Shown here: positions 9,807 through 21,600 of the stretch, piece after piece | Numbering within the stretch: position 1 is the first letter of the stretch | How the letters are laid out: each line of letters opens with the position of its first letter | From: an uncultured Verrucomicrobiae bacterium | GTDB taxonomy: Bacteria > Verrucomicrobiota > Verrucomicrobiia > Limisphaerales > Palsa-1400 | Direction: 5' to 3' | Length of the DNA stretch: 64,000 nt | Assembly (NCBI GenBank): GCA_963764165.1 | Contig: CAVXRD010000003.1 | Location: 576,001 to 640,000, forward strand | Notes under the pieces: model-generated | The model's input: only the letters and a program-made list of their open reading frames with translations | Told to the model about the DNA's origin: nothing | The model's database searches: none | Translations under genes and position numbers: made by a program

Positions 9807-10508
9807 TCAGGATTCGAAAAACTCGTTGAGAGCTTCGGGATCAAAATACTTTTTAATGGCGCTCCGCTTCAAGCCCATCCCGCGCAGTGTAAACAGCACG
9901 GCCTGGCGCACAAGCTCTTCGCGCGACTCGGTATACCCAATGGCAGGCTGCGGTGGCAAATGAACAAGCGCAATCCACGCGGCCAGATGATGCGCGAACC
10001 GGGCGGTGTTGGCGGGCGGAATCGGCGATTCCTCCGCGTCACCAGCCTCCACGGCAACTTTCAGGCATTCCTCAATCCGCGAGCAAAAACAATCGAAGCG
10101 ATTCTGATACATTAGGCGGGCATACAAACCGTCCTCCAGAAAACTGTTCAGCATGAGGCGAAGGCGCGTGTTCCATTCAATGGCCGCAAACGGTTTGCCA
10201 AGAATTTGAATGCTGACAATATAATAGACCAGTTTCACCAGCGTGCCGGTGGAAGCCTCCAGCTCCTTTGTCAACTGAACAAATTTGCGGGTCGATGGGT
10301 TGGTGCTTTGGCAGATCAGATTTTGAATCTCGACGTAAATTGCGTCCTTGCTCGGGAAATGGCGGTAAAGGAGCGGCTCGGAAACGCCGGCCGCGCGGGC
10401 GAGTTCCTTGGTCGTGGTTTCCGCGTAACCCTTGCACGCAAAAAGAGGCAGCGCGGCCTGTACAATGGCCGCCTTTCGCGCTTCTGCCGAAAGCCGGGTT
10501 TTCTTCAT
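9807..10508 (-). CDS. TetR/AcrR-family transcriptional regulator
   Basis: N-terminal HTH TTTKELARAAGVSEPLLYRHFPSK; heads the efflux operon. Confidence 0.93.
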   Translation of the reverse strand: MKKTRLSAEARKAAIVQAALPLFACKGYAETTTKELARAAGVSEPLLYRHFPSKDAIYVEIQNLICQSTNPSTRKFVQLTKELEASTGTLVKLVYYIVSIQILGKPFAAIEWNTRLRLMLNSFLEDGLYARLMYQNRFDCFCSRIEECLKVAVEAGDAEESPIPPANTARFAHHLAAWIALVHLPPQPAIGYTESREELVRQAVLFTLRGMGLKRSAIKKYFDPEALNEFFES

Positions 10509-10517
10509 GACGACAAC

Positions 10518-10537
10518 AAGTTAGTGCATACTAACTT
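10518..10537. promoter_or_regulatory. Probable TetR operator overlapping the tetR-efflux promoter
   Basis: Perfect inverted repeat AAGTTAGT-GCAT-ACTAACTT just upstream of the tetR ATG; minus-strand TTGACT at 10545-10540. Confidence 0.7.
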
Positions 10538-10653
10538 ATAGTCAATGATTAAGGATGGGGCTCGGAATGGGAAGAATGGGAGTTAGGACAGCCCTGCGCT
10601 GCCTTGCAAAAACAGGCGGGCGTGGCAAACTTCCGGTGGTGAATCGGTTTGTC

Positions 10654-11577
10654 ATGCGCGCGTCGACATTGCAGTTTCGCTGGCCGAAAACCTCACGCTC
10701 TTTTTGGGCGCTGGGGGCGGCTGTTCTGATGCTTGGCCTCCTCTGCTCAGCAAATGCCCAATTCCGAAATGGCAGGGGCGGCGGCGGGCGCGGCACCCGC
10801 GGATTTGGCGGCGGGGGGATGTATCGCTGGTCAGCCGAACGCGAGGAGGAGCAGGAATTAATGCGCAAGGCCATTGATCCCGCCTTCAAAGACGACGTTT
10901 TCACCTTCGCCCGGCTAAGATTCGACTCCGATCCCGATGAGTATGGCGTGGGACGCGCATGGAATGATGACACGCCCAACGCGGATATGCTCCTCACGTT
11001 TCGCCTGTTCCAGATGACCAGCATGAAGGTGCGACCGGGCGTCAACGCCATCGATATCACCACCAAGCAGTTGCAGGACTTCCCTTTTGTTTACATGGCG
11101 GGCGGCGGCCGCTTCGATTTGCATGATGAGGAGGTGGCGGACCTGCGGAAGTATTTGCTTAACGGAGGGTTTGCGATGGTGGACGATTTTTGGGGAGACA
11201 GCCAGTGGGATCATTTTTATGCCCAGCTCAAGCGCATTTTTCCAGATCGCGCCCCCGAGCTGCTCGATTTGTCACACCCGATTTTCAAGAGCGTTTACAC
11301 TTTCAAGAAACAGCCGCAAACGCCGAGCGTCGCCGATTATTATCGGACGGGCCATTCCTACGACCAGGGATACGATTACAGCCGGCTGGGCCATGATCCG
11401 CGTTATTTCGCCATCTATGATGACAAGCATCGGATGGTGATGCTGATCTGCCACAACAACCATTACGGTGATGGGTGGGAGCACGAGGGCGAGGACGAAG
11501 GTTACTTCAACCTTTTCAGCGAGCCAATGGGCTACCCAATGTTCATCAACATCGTCGCCTACATCACGTCGCATTGA
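10654..11577 (+). CDS. DUF4159 domain protein, probably exported
   Basis: FTFARLRF, LRKYLLNGGFAMVDDFWG, HPIF, GDGWE; signal-like N-terminus; start codon uncertain. Confidence 0.8.
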   Translation: MRASTLQFRWPKTSRSFWALGAAVLMLGLLCSANAQFRNGRGGGGRGTRGFGGGGMYRWSAEREEEQELMRKAIDPAFKDDVFTFARLRFDSDPDEYGVGRAWNDDTPNADMLLTFRLFQMTSMKVRPGVNAIDITTKQLQDFPFVYMAGGGRFDLHDEEVADLRKYLLNGGFAMVDDFWGDSQWDHFYAQLKRIFPDRAPELLDLSHPIFKSVYTFKKQPQTPSVADYYRTGHSYDQGYDYSRLGHDPRYFAIYDDKHRMVMLICHNNHYGDGWEHEGEDEGYFNLFSEPMGYPMFINIVAYITSH

Positions 11578-11758
11578 CCAGATGATCCCGGGGCAAGGCT
11601 TCCTCCCAGCCGCCCCTTTTCGGAGATGGCTCGGATGGAACCCTCCCCCGGCCGTCCCGCAGTGTATTTTCTTGGGAAGGACGATACATGCGCAACCCTC
11701 CCGCGCCAAAGCCACGGAGAACATATGGACGCCTTGGCGATGCGTCGCTGTCTGTTAG

Positions 11759-13084
<1,326 letters not shown>

Positions 13085-13108
13085 CGGCCACATTCTTAAT
13101 TCAGGCGC

Positions 13109-13759
13109 ATGACGGAGCCACACGAGTCGCTCCTTCATCGCCTGATGCATTGGTATCAGGACTCTCTTGATTCCGGAGGGTATTGGCTCATCGCTGCGTT
13201 GATGGCGATTGAGAGCACATTCGTTCCCATTCCCAGCGAGGGAATCATTCCTTTTGCCGCGCACTACGCTCAAACATCAGGAAAGCTGACGCTTGCTGGC
13301 GTTGTCATCGCCGGAACTTTGGGCTCGTGGCTTGGCGCGACGATCATGTATTGGGCATCGCGCATCGCGGGACGCCCGCTGGTCTTGAAATTCGGCAAAT
13401 ACTTTCTCGTCAACGAATCCAAAGTCGAAGCGTCGGAACGCTGGGCAAAACGGTATGGGGCCTTTGGCGTTTTCGTGGCCCGGCTGCTGCCGGTGGTCCG
13501 GCATTTGATCGGCATTCCGATGGGCATTGCCAAAATGAATTTCCTTCTTTACTCGACTTTCACGCTTGTGGGTTCGGGAATTTGGTGCTCCGTGCTGGTT
13601 TGGGTGGGGGTGAAGGCGGGACAGGACACGCAGCTTATGGCGGGAGATTTGCACCATATCATGTTCTGGATGCTTGGAGCGCTCGCGGTCATCGGGGCGT
13701 TGTATTTCTTCTTCGTTCACCGGCATTTCGCTGCGGGCGATTCGGCAAAAAAACTTTAA
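13109..13759 (+). CDS. DedA family membrane protein
   Basis: MAIESTFVPIPSE, RLLPVVRHLIGIP. Confidence 0.92.
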   Translation: MTEPHESLLHRLMHWYQDSLDSGGYWLIAALMAIESTFVPIPSEGIIPFAAHYAQTSGKLTLAGVVIAGTLGSWLGATIMYWASRIAGRPLVLKFGKYFLVNESKVEASERWAKRYGAFGVFVARLLPVVRHLIGIPMGIAKMNFLLYSTFTLVGSGIWCSVLVWVGVKAGQDTQLMAGDLHHIMFWMLGALAVIGALYFFFVHRHFAAGDSAKKL

Positions 13760-13792
13760 TCTCAGGGAAGCGCCAGCTACTCTGCTCTTCGA

Positions 13793-16657
13793 ATGACTTC
13801 CGCTGAAATTCGACAATCGTTCTTGGACTTTTTCCGCTCCAAAGGCCACACCATCGTGCCTTCGTCGAGCCTGCTGCCCGATTCCCCCGGCCTGCTCTTC
13901 ACGAACGCGGGCATGAATCAATTCGTCCCGATCTTCCTGAACGAGCGCGCGCCCGATGTCGACAAATGGCCCGGCGCCATTCCCGGAAGCCCCACCCGCG
14001 CCACGGACACGCAAAAGTGCATTCGCGCCGGCGGCAAACACAACGATCTCGAGGACGTCGGGATGGACACCTACCATCATACGTTTTTCGAAATGCTGGG
14101 GAATTGGAGCTTCGGCGATTATTTCAAAAAAGAGACCATCGATTGGGCGTGGGAATTGATTACAGAGGTTTGGAAATTTCCAAAAAACCGTCTTTACGCC
14201 ACCGTTTACAGTCCTGATAAATCGAAAAACGATCCAAGCGATTTCGACCAGGAAGCCTACGACTTGTGGGCCGCGAAATTCACCGCCGCTGGATTGGATC
14301 CGAAAGTCCACATCGTCAACGGCAACAAGAAAGACAATTTCTGGATGATGGGCGAAACCGGCCCCTGCGGCCCCTGCTCAGAAATTCATGTTGACCTAAC
14401 TCCGGCTGGCGACACCCAAGGCAGCCTCGTCAACAAAGGCGACGCCCGTTGCATCGAAATTTGGAACCTGGTTTTCATCCAATTCAATGCCAATGCGGAC
14501 GGCACATTCTCTCCCCTGCCCGCCAAACACGTCGATACCGGAATGGGATTCGAGCGCGTGACCGGCATTATCCAGAACACGAATGGTTTCAAAGATTTCA
14601 CAAAAACGATCTCCAATTACGACACTGATATTTTCCGTCCGATTTTTGACGAATTGGAAAGGTTGAGCAAACAGAAATATTGTTCGTCGTTACCGGAGGA
14701 TGGGCGCTCGGTTGGCGGGGCGAATTTATTGGCTTTCAGTCGAAATCCACAGCTCCAAATTGACGTGGCTTGTCGCGTCGTCGCCGATCATCTTCGCACA
14801 CTTAGCTTTTCCATAGCGGATGGAATCTTGCCGGGCAACAACGGGCGAAATTATGTCTTGCGGCGAATTCTGCGGCGAGCGGTTCGCTACGGTCGGACGC
14901 TTGGTTTTCGTGAGCCGTTTTTCTACAAATTAGTCACAATCCTCGTCAATGAAATGGGCGACGTATTTCCTGAGCTTCGCGCTAAGGAAACGAACATTCG
15001 GGAGATCATCAAAGCCGAAGAAGACGCTTTTACCAAGACGCTGGACAGGGGGCTAGCGCTGTTTGAAGGCCAAATGCGGGCCGCTAATGAGCCCAGCAGT
15101 GTGCCAGGCCCCGCGATCCGCAGAGAGATAGGCATGAGCATGCCTTCAACTGGTGGCTCGCAACCCTCCGAGCCTTACATTCTTATCGAGACCACCGAAC
15201 GCGGGGATGAAAGGATCGTTACGAAAACGTTCGCTTTCTTACTTTACGACACTTATGGCTTCCCATTGGATCTCACGGAGTTAATGGCTCGCGAACGCGG
15301 ATTCAGTGTGGATGTCGAGGGTTTTAACAGACTCATGGAAGAGCAGCGCGCCCGCGCCCGCGCCGCTCAGAAAAAAGAAATTATTGCGGCGTCCAACATC
15401 GACACCTCGAAGCCGACTCGCTTCGTTGGCTTCGACCAATTGCAAACGGAAGCGACTGTAATTGAAGTTGTCAAATTGAAGGACAAATTGGCGATCACAC
15501 TGGATGTCTCTCCCATGTACGCAGAGATGGGCGGACAGGTTGGTGACACGGGCGAAGCGCAATCCGGCGCGAATGTCTGGCACATTGTCAATACTCAGAA
15601 GACCAGCAATACGTTCCTGCATTTTCTCGGCGGTGAGGATGCGCCCGAACACGGCGACAAAGTCGAGTTGCGCGTGAACGCTTCGCGCCGCGGCGCGATT
15701 CAGCGGCATCACTCGGTGACTCACCTGCTCCATTGGGCCTTGCACGAAGTCGTCAGCCCTGATGCGACGCAAAAAGGTTCGTTCGTCGGGCCGGACAAAT
15801 TGACGTTCGATTTTGGCAGCGCGCCGCTGACACCCACGCAAGTCAGCGACATCGAGCGGCTTGTCAACGAGCGCATTGTGGAGAATGGCGGCGTAAGTTG
15901 GACGGAAGTTCCATATGCGTCGATCAAAGGCCGCAAGGACATCATGCAATTCTTCGGAGAGAAGTATGGCGATGTTGTGCGCGTGGTGCAGATCGGCGGG
16001 GAGCATGGCGCGCTGAATGGCTATTCCATGGAGCTTTGCGGCGGCACCCACACACGGGCCACGGGCGAAATCGGGCTTTTCCGAATCATCAGCGAGGCGG
16101 CGGTGGCGGCTGGCGTTCGGCGTATTGAAGCTGTAGCCGGACTGCGCGCCTACCAAAAAACGCGCGAGGATGCTGCGCTCATTTCAACGGTGGCGGGAAA
16201 ATTGAATGCCCCCATTGGCGAATTGGAAAAGAAAATCGATTCCTTGCTCGGCCACCAGAAGGAATTGGAAAAACAAATTCTCGCCGCGCGTCAGAAACAA
16301 GCCGCTGAAACCGGCCGCGCGTTAATTGCGAAAGCTTCCAGCGGCGCGGTTCCGGCCATCATCGAAAATCTCGGAGCAGTGGATGGCGACTTTGTGCAGA
16401 GCACGGCGGATGCGATCAAGGGCCAATTCAAAGGCGTGATTCTGCTCGCCGGAACAGCAAACGGAGCCGTCTCGCTGGTGGCGGCGGTGACGCCGGAGTT
16501 CACCTCGAAATTTCAGGCTGGCAAAATCATCCAGGCCATCGCGCCCATTATCGGTGGAAAAGGCGGCGGGAAACCCGACAATGCCCGCGGCGGCGGCAAG
16601 GATGTTGCAAAATTGGACGAGGCGCTGGAAAAGGCCAAAGCCATCCTTGCATCGTAG
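13793..16657 (+). CDS. alaS: Alanine--tRNA ligase
   Basis: LLFTNAGMNQF, HHTFFEMLGNWSFGDYFK, LYDTYGFP, editing HxxxH and ELCGGTH motifs, C-terminal GKGGGK. Confidence 0.99.
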   Translation: MTSAEIRQSFLDFFRSKGHTIVPSSSLLPDSPGLLFTNAGMNQFVPIFLNERAPDVDKWPGAIPGSPTRATDTQKCIRAGGKHNDLEDVGMDTYHHTFFEMLGNWSFGDYFKKETIDWAWELITEVWKFPKNRLYATVYSPDKSKNDPSDFDQEAYDLWAAKFTAAGLDPKVHIVNGNKKDNFWMMGETGPCGPCSEIHVDLTPAGDTQGSLVNKGDARCIEIWNLVFIQFNANADGTFSPLPAKHVDTGMGFERVTGIIQNTNGFKDFTKTISNYDTDIFRPIFDELERLSKQKYCSSLPEDGRSVGGANLLAFSRNPQLQIDVACRVVADHLRTLSFSIADGILPGNNGRNYVLRRILRRAVRYGRTLGFREPFFYKLVTILVNEMGDVFPELRAKETNIREIIKAEEDAFTKTLDRGLALFEGQMRAANEPSSVPGPAIRREIGMSMPSTGGSQPSEPYILIETTERGDERIVTKTFAFLLYDTYGFPLDLTELMARERGFSVDVEGFNRLMEEQRARARAAQKKEIIAASNIDTSKPTRFVGFDQLQTEATVIEVVKLKDKLAITLDVSPMYAEMGGQVGDTGEAQSGANVWHIVNTQKTSNTFLHFLGGEDAPEHGDKVELRVNASRRGAIQRHHSVTHLLHWALHEVVSPDATQKGSFVGPDKLTFDFGSAPLTPTQVSDIERLVNERIVENGGVSWTEVPYASIKGRKDIMQFFGEKYGDVVRVVQIGGEHGALNGYSMELCGGTHTRATGEIGLFRIISEAAVAAGVRRIEAVAGLRAYQKTREDAALISTVAGKLNAPIGELEKKIDSLLGHQKELEKQILAARQKQAAETGRALIAKASSGAVPAIIENLGAVDGDFVQSTADAIKGQFKGVILLAGTANGAVSLVAAVTPEFTSKFQAGKIIQAIAPIIGGKGGGKPDNARGGGKDVAKLDEALEKAKAILAS

Positions 16658-16673
16658 ACGCGGGTTGAACAAT

Positions 16674-16821
16674 GGGGAAGCCACAGATTGACACAGATCA
16701 GCACAGATTTGGGAAAAGGAATTTGTGTTCCATGTGTTTGCAATTGGCGTCTCTTGTGATCAATTCACGCAGCCCGAACCATTCTTATCTGTGTTGATCT
16801 GTGTCGATTTGTGGCTTCCCC
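16674..16821. repeat. Inverted-repeat element made of three 10-bp-period CAGAT units
   Basis: GGGGAAGCCACAGATTGACACAGATCAGCACAGAT paired with ATCTGTGTTGATCTGTGTCGATTTGTGGCTTCCCC. Confidence 0.8.
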
Positions 16822-16901
16822 TTTCGTCTGCCTTCCTGTGGCTGATCTGCGGCAAAAAAAGTTTTCTTCCCAATTGCGCGCGCCGGGATTACACCTTGTT
16901 C

Positions 16902-17759
16902 ATGAACAAACGCGCTTTCGTTTCAGGCATCGCCGCCGCGACTTTCGTATTATTGACAATTTCCAACGCCTCCGCCGAAGATTCAGCGAAGCCAATTCGC
17001 GCGTTGCTGGTGACGGGCGGCTGCTGCCACGATTACGCCACTCAGAAGGACATTTTGAAGAAAGCCCTTGAGACGCGCGCGAATATCAAGGTGGACATTC
17101 AATACTCGGACTCACCGTCCACGAAAGCCCCACTCCCCATCCTCGGCAAGCCAGACTACGCCAGTGGTTACGACGTGGTGATTCACGATGAGTGCGTCGC
17201 CGATGTGTCCGATCCGGATACCGTGCTGGCCGTTTTGAAGCCTCACCTCGACGGTATTCCGGGTGTCAATCTTCATTGCGCCATGCATTCGTATCGCATC
17301 GGTGATCCAAAAACCCCGGTCACGTTGGGAACGCCGCACGGATATTGGTTTGAATACCTCGGCCTGCAATCATGCGAGCACTACGCTCAAAAGCCAATCG
17401 CGATCAAATTTACTGACAAGAAGAGTCCAATTGTCAAAGGAATGGTGAATTGGACGACCGTCAACGAGGAGCACTATAACAATGTGCATATTTTTGACAA
17501 AGCCCATCCCCTCGCCCACGGTTTTCAGGAGCTTCCGCAGAAAGATGGCACCGTCAAGACGAATGATTTTGTGGTAATCTGGACAAACCTCTACGGCCCG
17601 AAAAAAACGCGCGTCTTCAGCACTACGATTGGCCACAATAATGAAACTGTCTCCGATCCACGCTACCTTGAGTTGGTCACCCGCGGAGTGCTCTGGGCCA
17701 CAGGCCATTTGAACGACGACGGCACGGCGACCGAGGGCTACGGGCCAAAAGGCCGGTAA
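16902..17759 (+). CDS. Exported ThuA-like (trehalose-utilisation / class I GATase-like) domain protein
   Basis: Signal peptide, LLVTGGCCHDY, LHCAMHSY, RVFSTTIGH, LVTRGVLWA. Confidence 0.8.
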   Translation: MNKRAFVSGIAAATFVLLTISNASAEDSAKPIRALLVTGGCCHDYATQKDILKKALETRANIKVDIQYSDSPSTKAPLPILGKPDYASGYDVVIHDECVADVSDPDTVLAVLKPHLDGIPGVNLHCAMHSYRIGDPKTPVTLGTPHGYWFEYLGLQSCEHYAQKPIAIKFTDKKSPIVKGMVNWTTVNEEHYNNVHIFDKAHPLAHGFQELPQKDGTVKTNDFVVIWTNLYGPKKTRVFSTTIGHNNETVSDPRYLELVTRGVLWATGHLNDDGTATEGYGPKGR

Positions 17760-17916
17760 AAAGCGGTTGCAGTTCGTTGGCATTTGCGGCGAGTGGCTTC
17801 TCATATGGGCCGTTCGCCACATCAATTAGGACGGCCTGACCGCCAAAGGCTGCGGCCCGAGCGGGCCAGTGAGCATCTTGCCAAGCCGGAAGAGGCGGCG
17901 TAAATTATGCGTTGAT

Positions 17917-18231
17917 ATGAAAAATGGCGCAAATCGTGTCTTGGCACGTCTTTCCGAGCGGATTGAGCTTGGGCAATTTATTGTGGCCGATCCGGAAATT
18001 TGTCACGGCAAGCCTACGTTCAAAGGCACCCGCATCATGGTGGGGCAGGTGCTGGATGACGTGGCGGACGGACGCTCATGGGAGTTTATTTGCGGCACAC
18101 GATGGGGCGGTCGGATTTCTCTGGCGGCTGTCGGCGAAGCAGTCAAACTTTCGCAGCAATCCTGGCTGGACAAGCGCGGTCGGTTGGTGCGGCCTCCACA
18201 CGCCAAAAGGGCCGAACTCACGCCCGCTTGA
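17917..18231 (+). CDS. DUF433 family antitoxin
   Basis: IVADPEICHGKPTFKGTRIMV; promoter TTGCCA-17-TAAATT at 17878-17906. Confidence 0.88.
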   Translation: MKNGANRVLARLSERIELGQFIVADPEICHGKPTFKGTRIMVGQVLDDVADGRSWEFICGTRWGGRISLAAVGEAVKLSQQSWLDKRGRLVRPPHAKRAELTPA

Positions 18232-18620
18232 ATTTGCTGGACGAGAACTTCCCGGACGATCAACGGTCCCTCCTCCGGTTGTGGCGAATTCCATTCCAGG
18301 AAATAGGCCGGCATGCTGGTCGCTTTGGAATCAAGGACGATAACATTATCCCGCTTTTGCACAGGCTCCGGCAGGTCACATTTTTCACCCAGGACGAGGA
18401 CTTTTTTCGGCACCCACTCTGCCATTCGGCCTACTGTCTGGTTTGGCTGGACACTAGGGCCGATGATGCGGGCTACTTCACCCGCCGGTTTTTGCGGCAT
18501 CCGCGATTTAACACTATCACCAGCCGCATGGGGGCCGTCGTGCGAGTGCATATGAGCGGAATTCATTTCTGGCGGCGACACGCGCGCGCACTGCAAAGAG
18601 AGCCTTGGGCCGCCCAGTGA
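18228..18620 (+). CDS. DUF5615/PIN-like toxin partner of DUF433
   Basis: TTG start overlapping the antitoxin stop (TTGA); LLDENFP, DDNII, FFTQDEDF acidic PIN motifs. Confidence 0.75.
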   Translation: MNLLDENFPDDQRSLLRLWRIPFQEIGRHAGRFGIKDDNIIPLLHRLRQVTFFTQDEDFFRHPLCHSAYCLVWLDTRADDAGYFTRRFLRHPRFNTITSRMGAVVRVHMSGIHFWRRHARALQREPWAAQ

Positions 18621-18627
18621 GATGCCG

Positions 18628-21600
18628 TCAAGGCGGCAATATGGCCAAGCGGTAGAAGCGTTGGGGCGCGCCGCCCAGATTGTTGGTCAGGCTCAAGCTC
18701 GCGCCGGTTCCGTCGACGGGTGAAGTAAGCGGTATCCAATATGTATCCGTCAGGTTCGTTTTGTATTGCACCTGATAAGACTGGCCGGTCAATCCCTGCC
18801 ACGACAGAACCACATTCGTGCCCGCGGCTTGGGCCGTCATCGGAACGGCAGTCAAATTTGCGGTCGGTGTTGCCGAGAATGTGAGATTGTCGATGGCCAA
18901 ACCTTGTGATTTGCCAGCGGGGCTGGACATTTCCCACACGAGCCACAGCGCGGCGTCGGAAGGCCACGCGTAGATTGCCTGATTGGTTACGGAAAGAATT
19001 GCCTGATTATTGGTGGCTGTTCCATCCACCGCCGCGCCGCCTGCATCGCCGGCCACGATTGGGAAATTCACGTTGAGCGCTGAAATATATGCGGTCGCGC
19101 TGGTGGTGAATTTGTTGGTCGCGGTGTTGTCAATCAAATAGTAGAATTGCAGTGTTTTGGCCAGATTCGATTGCCGCCAGACTTCCGCCGTGAATTGCAG
19201 GTTGATGTAATTGAGCGTTTCGCCAGTGCCGTTGATCAGGCGCAAACCAAACGCGGTGTAACCCGTTGTGCTCGTGGCCAGCAACCCGAGCGCGCGATTC
19301 GAGGCATTCTCCGGGCCGAAGCTGATTTGCCCGCCGGTTGTCTGGTCGCCATCGGTCGCTCCGAAACGGACACCCACGCTCGAAGTCGGATCCGCCAAGC
19401 CGTACCATCCCGCCATCCCGGCAAGGCCAAGACCTCCGGTGAAACCGCTCGCGCTGACGGGCGCGGCGAAATCGTACGGATTGGGGAGCGAGTAGGCAAC
19501 GCCATCAATCGTCACCGGATTTGCGGAATCGACTGATTTTGAACCAGGATCTGGCAGTGAATCAAAGTTCTGCGAATAAACCGAGCCCGCCGCCACATAG
19601 GGAACGAACGACGCGCCAGACGCGCTGGAGGCATTGTTTGTGCCGCCGGGCGTCGGCGCGGCAAACACCTCGCGCACGAAACTTTGCCCGTCAGGCACCG
19701 AGCCGTAGGAATAATTCGGCAGCAGATTGTTGTAATTGATATAATCCAGCACTTGATATTGCCCGTTGGTGTAGCGGCTCAATCCGACTGATCCAGTCGA
19801 GGCAGGCAGAGTGAAATTCGCGTGAAGCTCGTTGGTGGTGGAAAGGTTCGTCTGGCCGTCGGCAAAGACCACGAGGAATTGCCCCGCGCGAATGACGGCG
19901 TTGGTGAGGATCGGCGATTGCCCGAAATTCGTATAATTATCGGAAAGATACAGCCCGCCCAGCGAGACGTTGGTTGCGCTCGGATTGTAGATCTCGATCC
20001 ACGGCCCGCGCTGCCCGGCGCTGTTCGTAATGCCGGTTAAATTTTGCGGCTCGACTTCGTTAATCCAGAGCGGCTGGAAGGTGGGAAGCGCTTCCGCCAC
20101 CGCGTTCGTTTGGCCTGGATTCGCGGCCGCCGCCGCCCAATTTCCAACACGCCAATTGTCCTGATGCGCATCAATCAATTGAAGTGAATAGCCCGTGCCG
20201 GAATCATTTGTGGCCCACGGCAAGACGCTGTCAAATTGAACTTCCGCGACAACGGTGTTCGAAGAGCCGCTCGGCTCCGTCAACGCAAGAAGCTGGCTCG
20301 GCTGCAATGTGCCGGTAAAAACGTCGAACAACGTATTTGTCACGCCATAGGCGGCTGCATAAGCCGTCTGGCTCGATCCGAGCATCAGAATGCCGCCGGG
20401 CGCGATGCTGGCGCCGTTCGAGAAGGTGTAAGAAAGCGCCGGAATTTGCCAGCCTGACAAATCAAAAGTCGTGTTCGTCGAATTGTTGTAGAGCTTGACG
20501 AATGCCGCATCTGGAGAAATCGGATCAAACATGATTTCGTCAATCACGACGCGCCCAACCGGCGATGGAACAGTCCCGCTGTAGACAACCGCGAGGTTGC
20601 TGGAATACCCCGCGATGGCCACCAGATTGGTCGCCATGCCAACGACGTTCAACTGATTTGTCCCGGCGCGCAATGGAACGGCGACCGAGAAATTCGTCAG
20701 CGTTGTCCAAGTAATGGGCCACGCCTCGCCGTTGATCCAAACAGTATCCACCGAAACCGGCGCGGTGCCCGTCACGTAGGCCACGTTATTGCTGATGGTG
20801 ACGTTCGGATTGACCGCGAAATTCGTCGCGTTGACGGCGTTCAATTGCTGGGAAATGCTCGCCTGCGCGGCGGCAATCCACGGAATCATCGCGCTGTCGG
20901 GATCTTCCACGCTGAGGCCGTTGGCGACGAACGCATTGTATTTCGCGTGAATCAAAGCGCCGGTGTAGAGGCTCAAATTCATCGCGCCGTTGACCAAAGT
21001 CTGCTGCGCGCGCCAATACATGCGAAGGAACGCGGGCGTGTTGTAAATCTGCCCCATGTTGGGATCGTTAGAGTCGTATTGGAGAAGATTCGCGCCTGGC
21101 CCGATGGATTCCGGGCCCCCAAGATCAATGTTCAAATCCCAAGGCATCAAAGTGTATTTTGTGCCAGCGGCCCCGATGTAGCCGTACATGTTCTGGCTGA
21201 TTTCCGTCCCGAATGAATCGATGTTTCCAGCGGCGTGGTTGGCGGCGAACACGCTCATCCATTCCTGCATGTTGGCAATGTTCTCCATGTTTTGGACGTA
21301 ATTCGGGCTCGCCGACGAATTGGCGGCATCGACCAGCGAGAAGACATTCGTAAAATCGTTGAAAGTGTCTGGCGTGCGGCGGATTTCGTAATTGAAGCGG
21401 TAACGCGCCGGCTTCTTGACTCCACCTGTCGTCGTAAACGGCAGAAGATAACAATAGGCTTCCGCCGTCGTCCCGATGGAATAACCGGAGAGATTCGGCG
21501 CGAATTCAAACCACGGCTGCATCTTGTAGAGGAAACCGCCTGTGTCGTTCGGGAAATATTGCTTGACCATGTCGCTGTCCGGCACCTGCGCATCCTCCAT

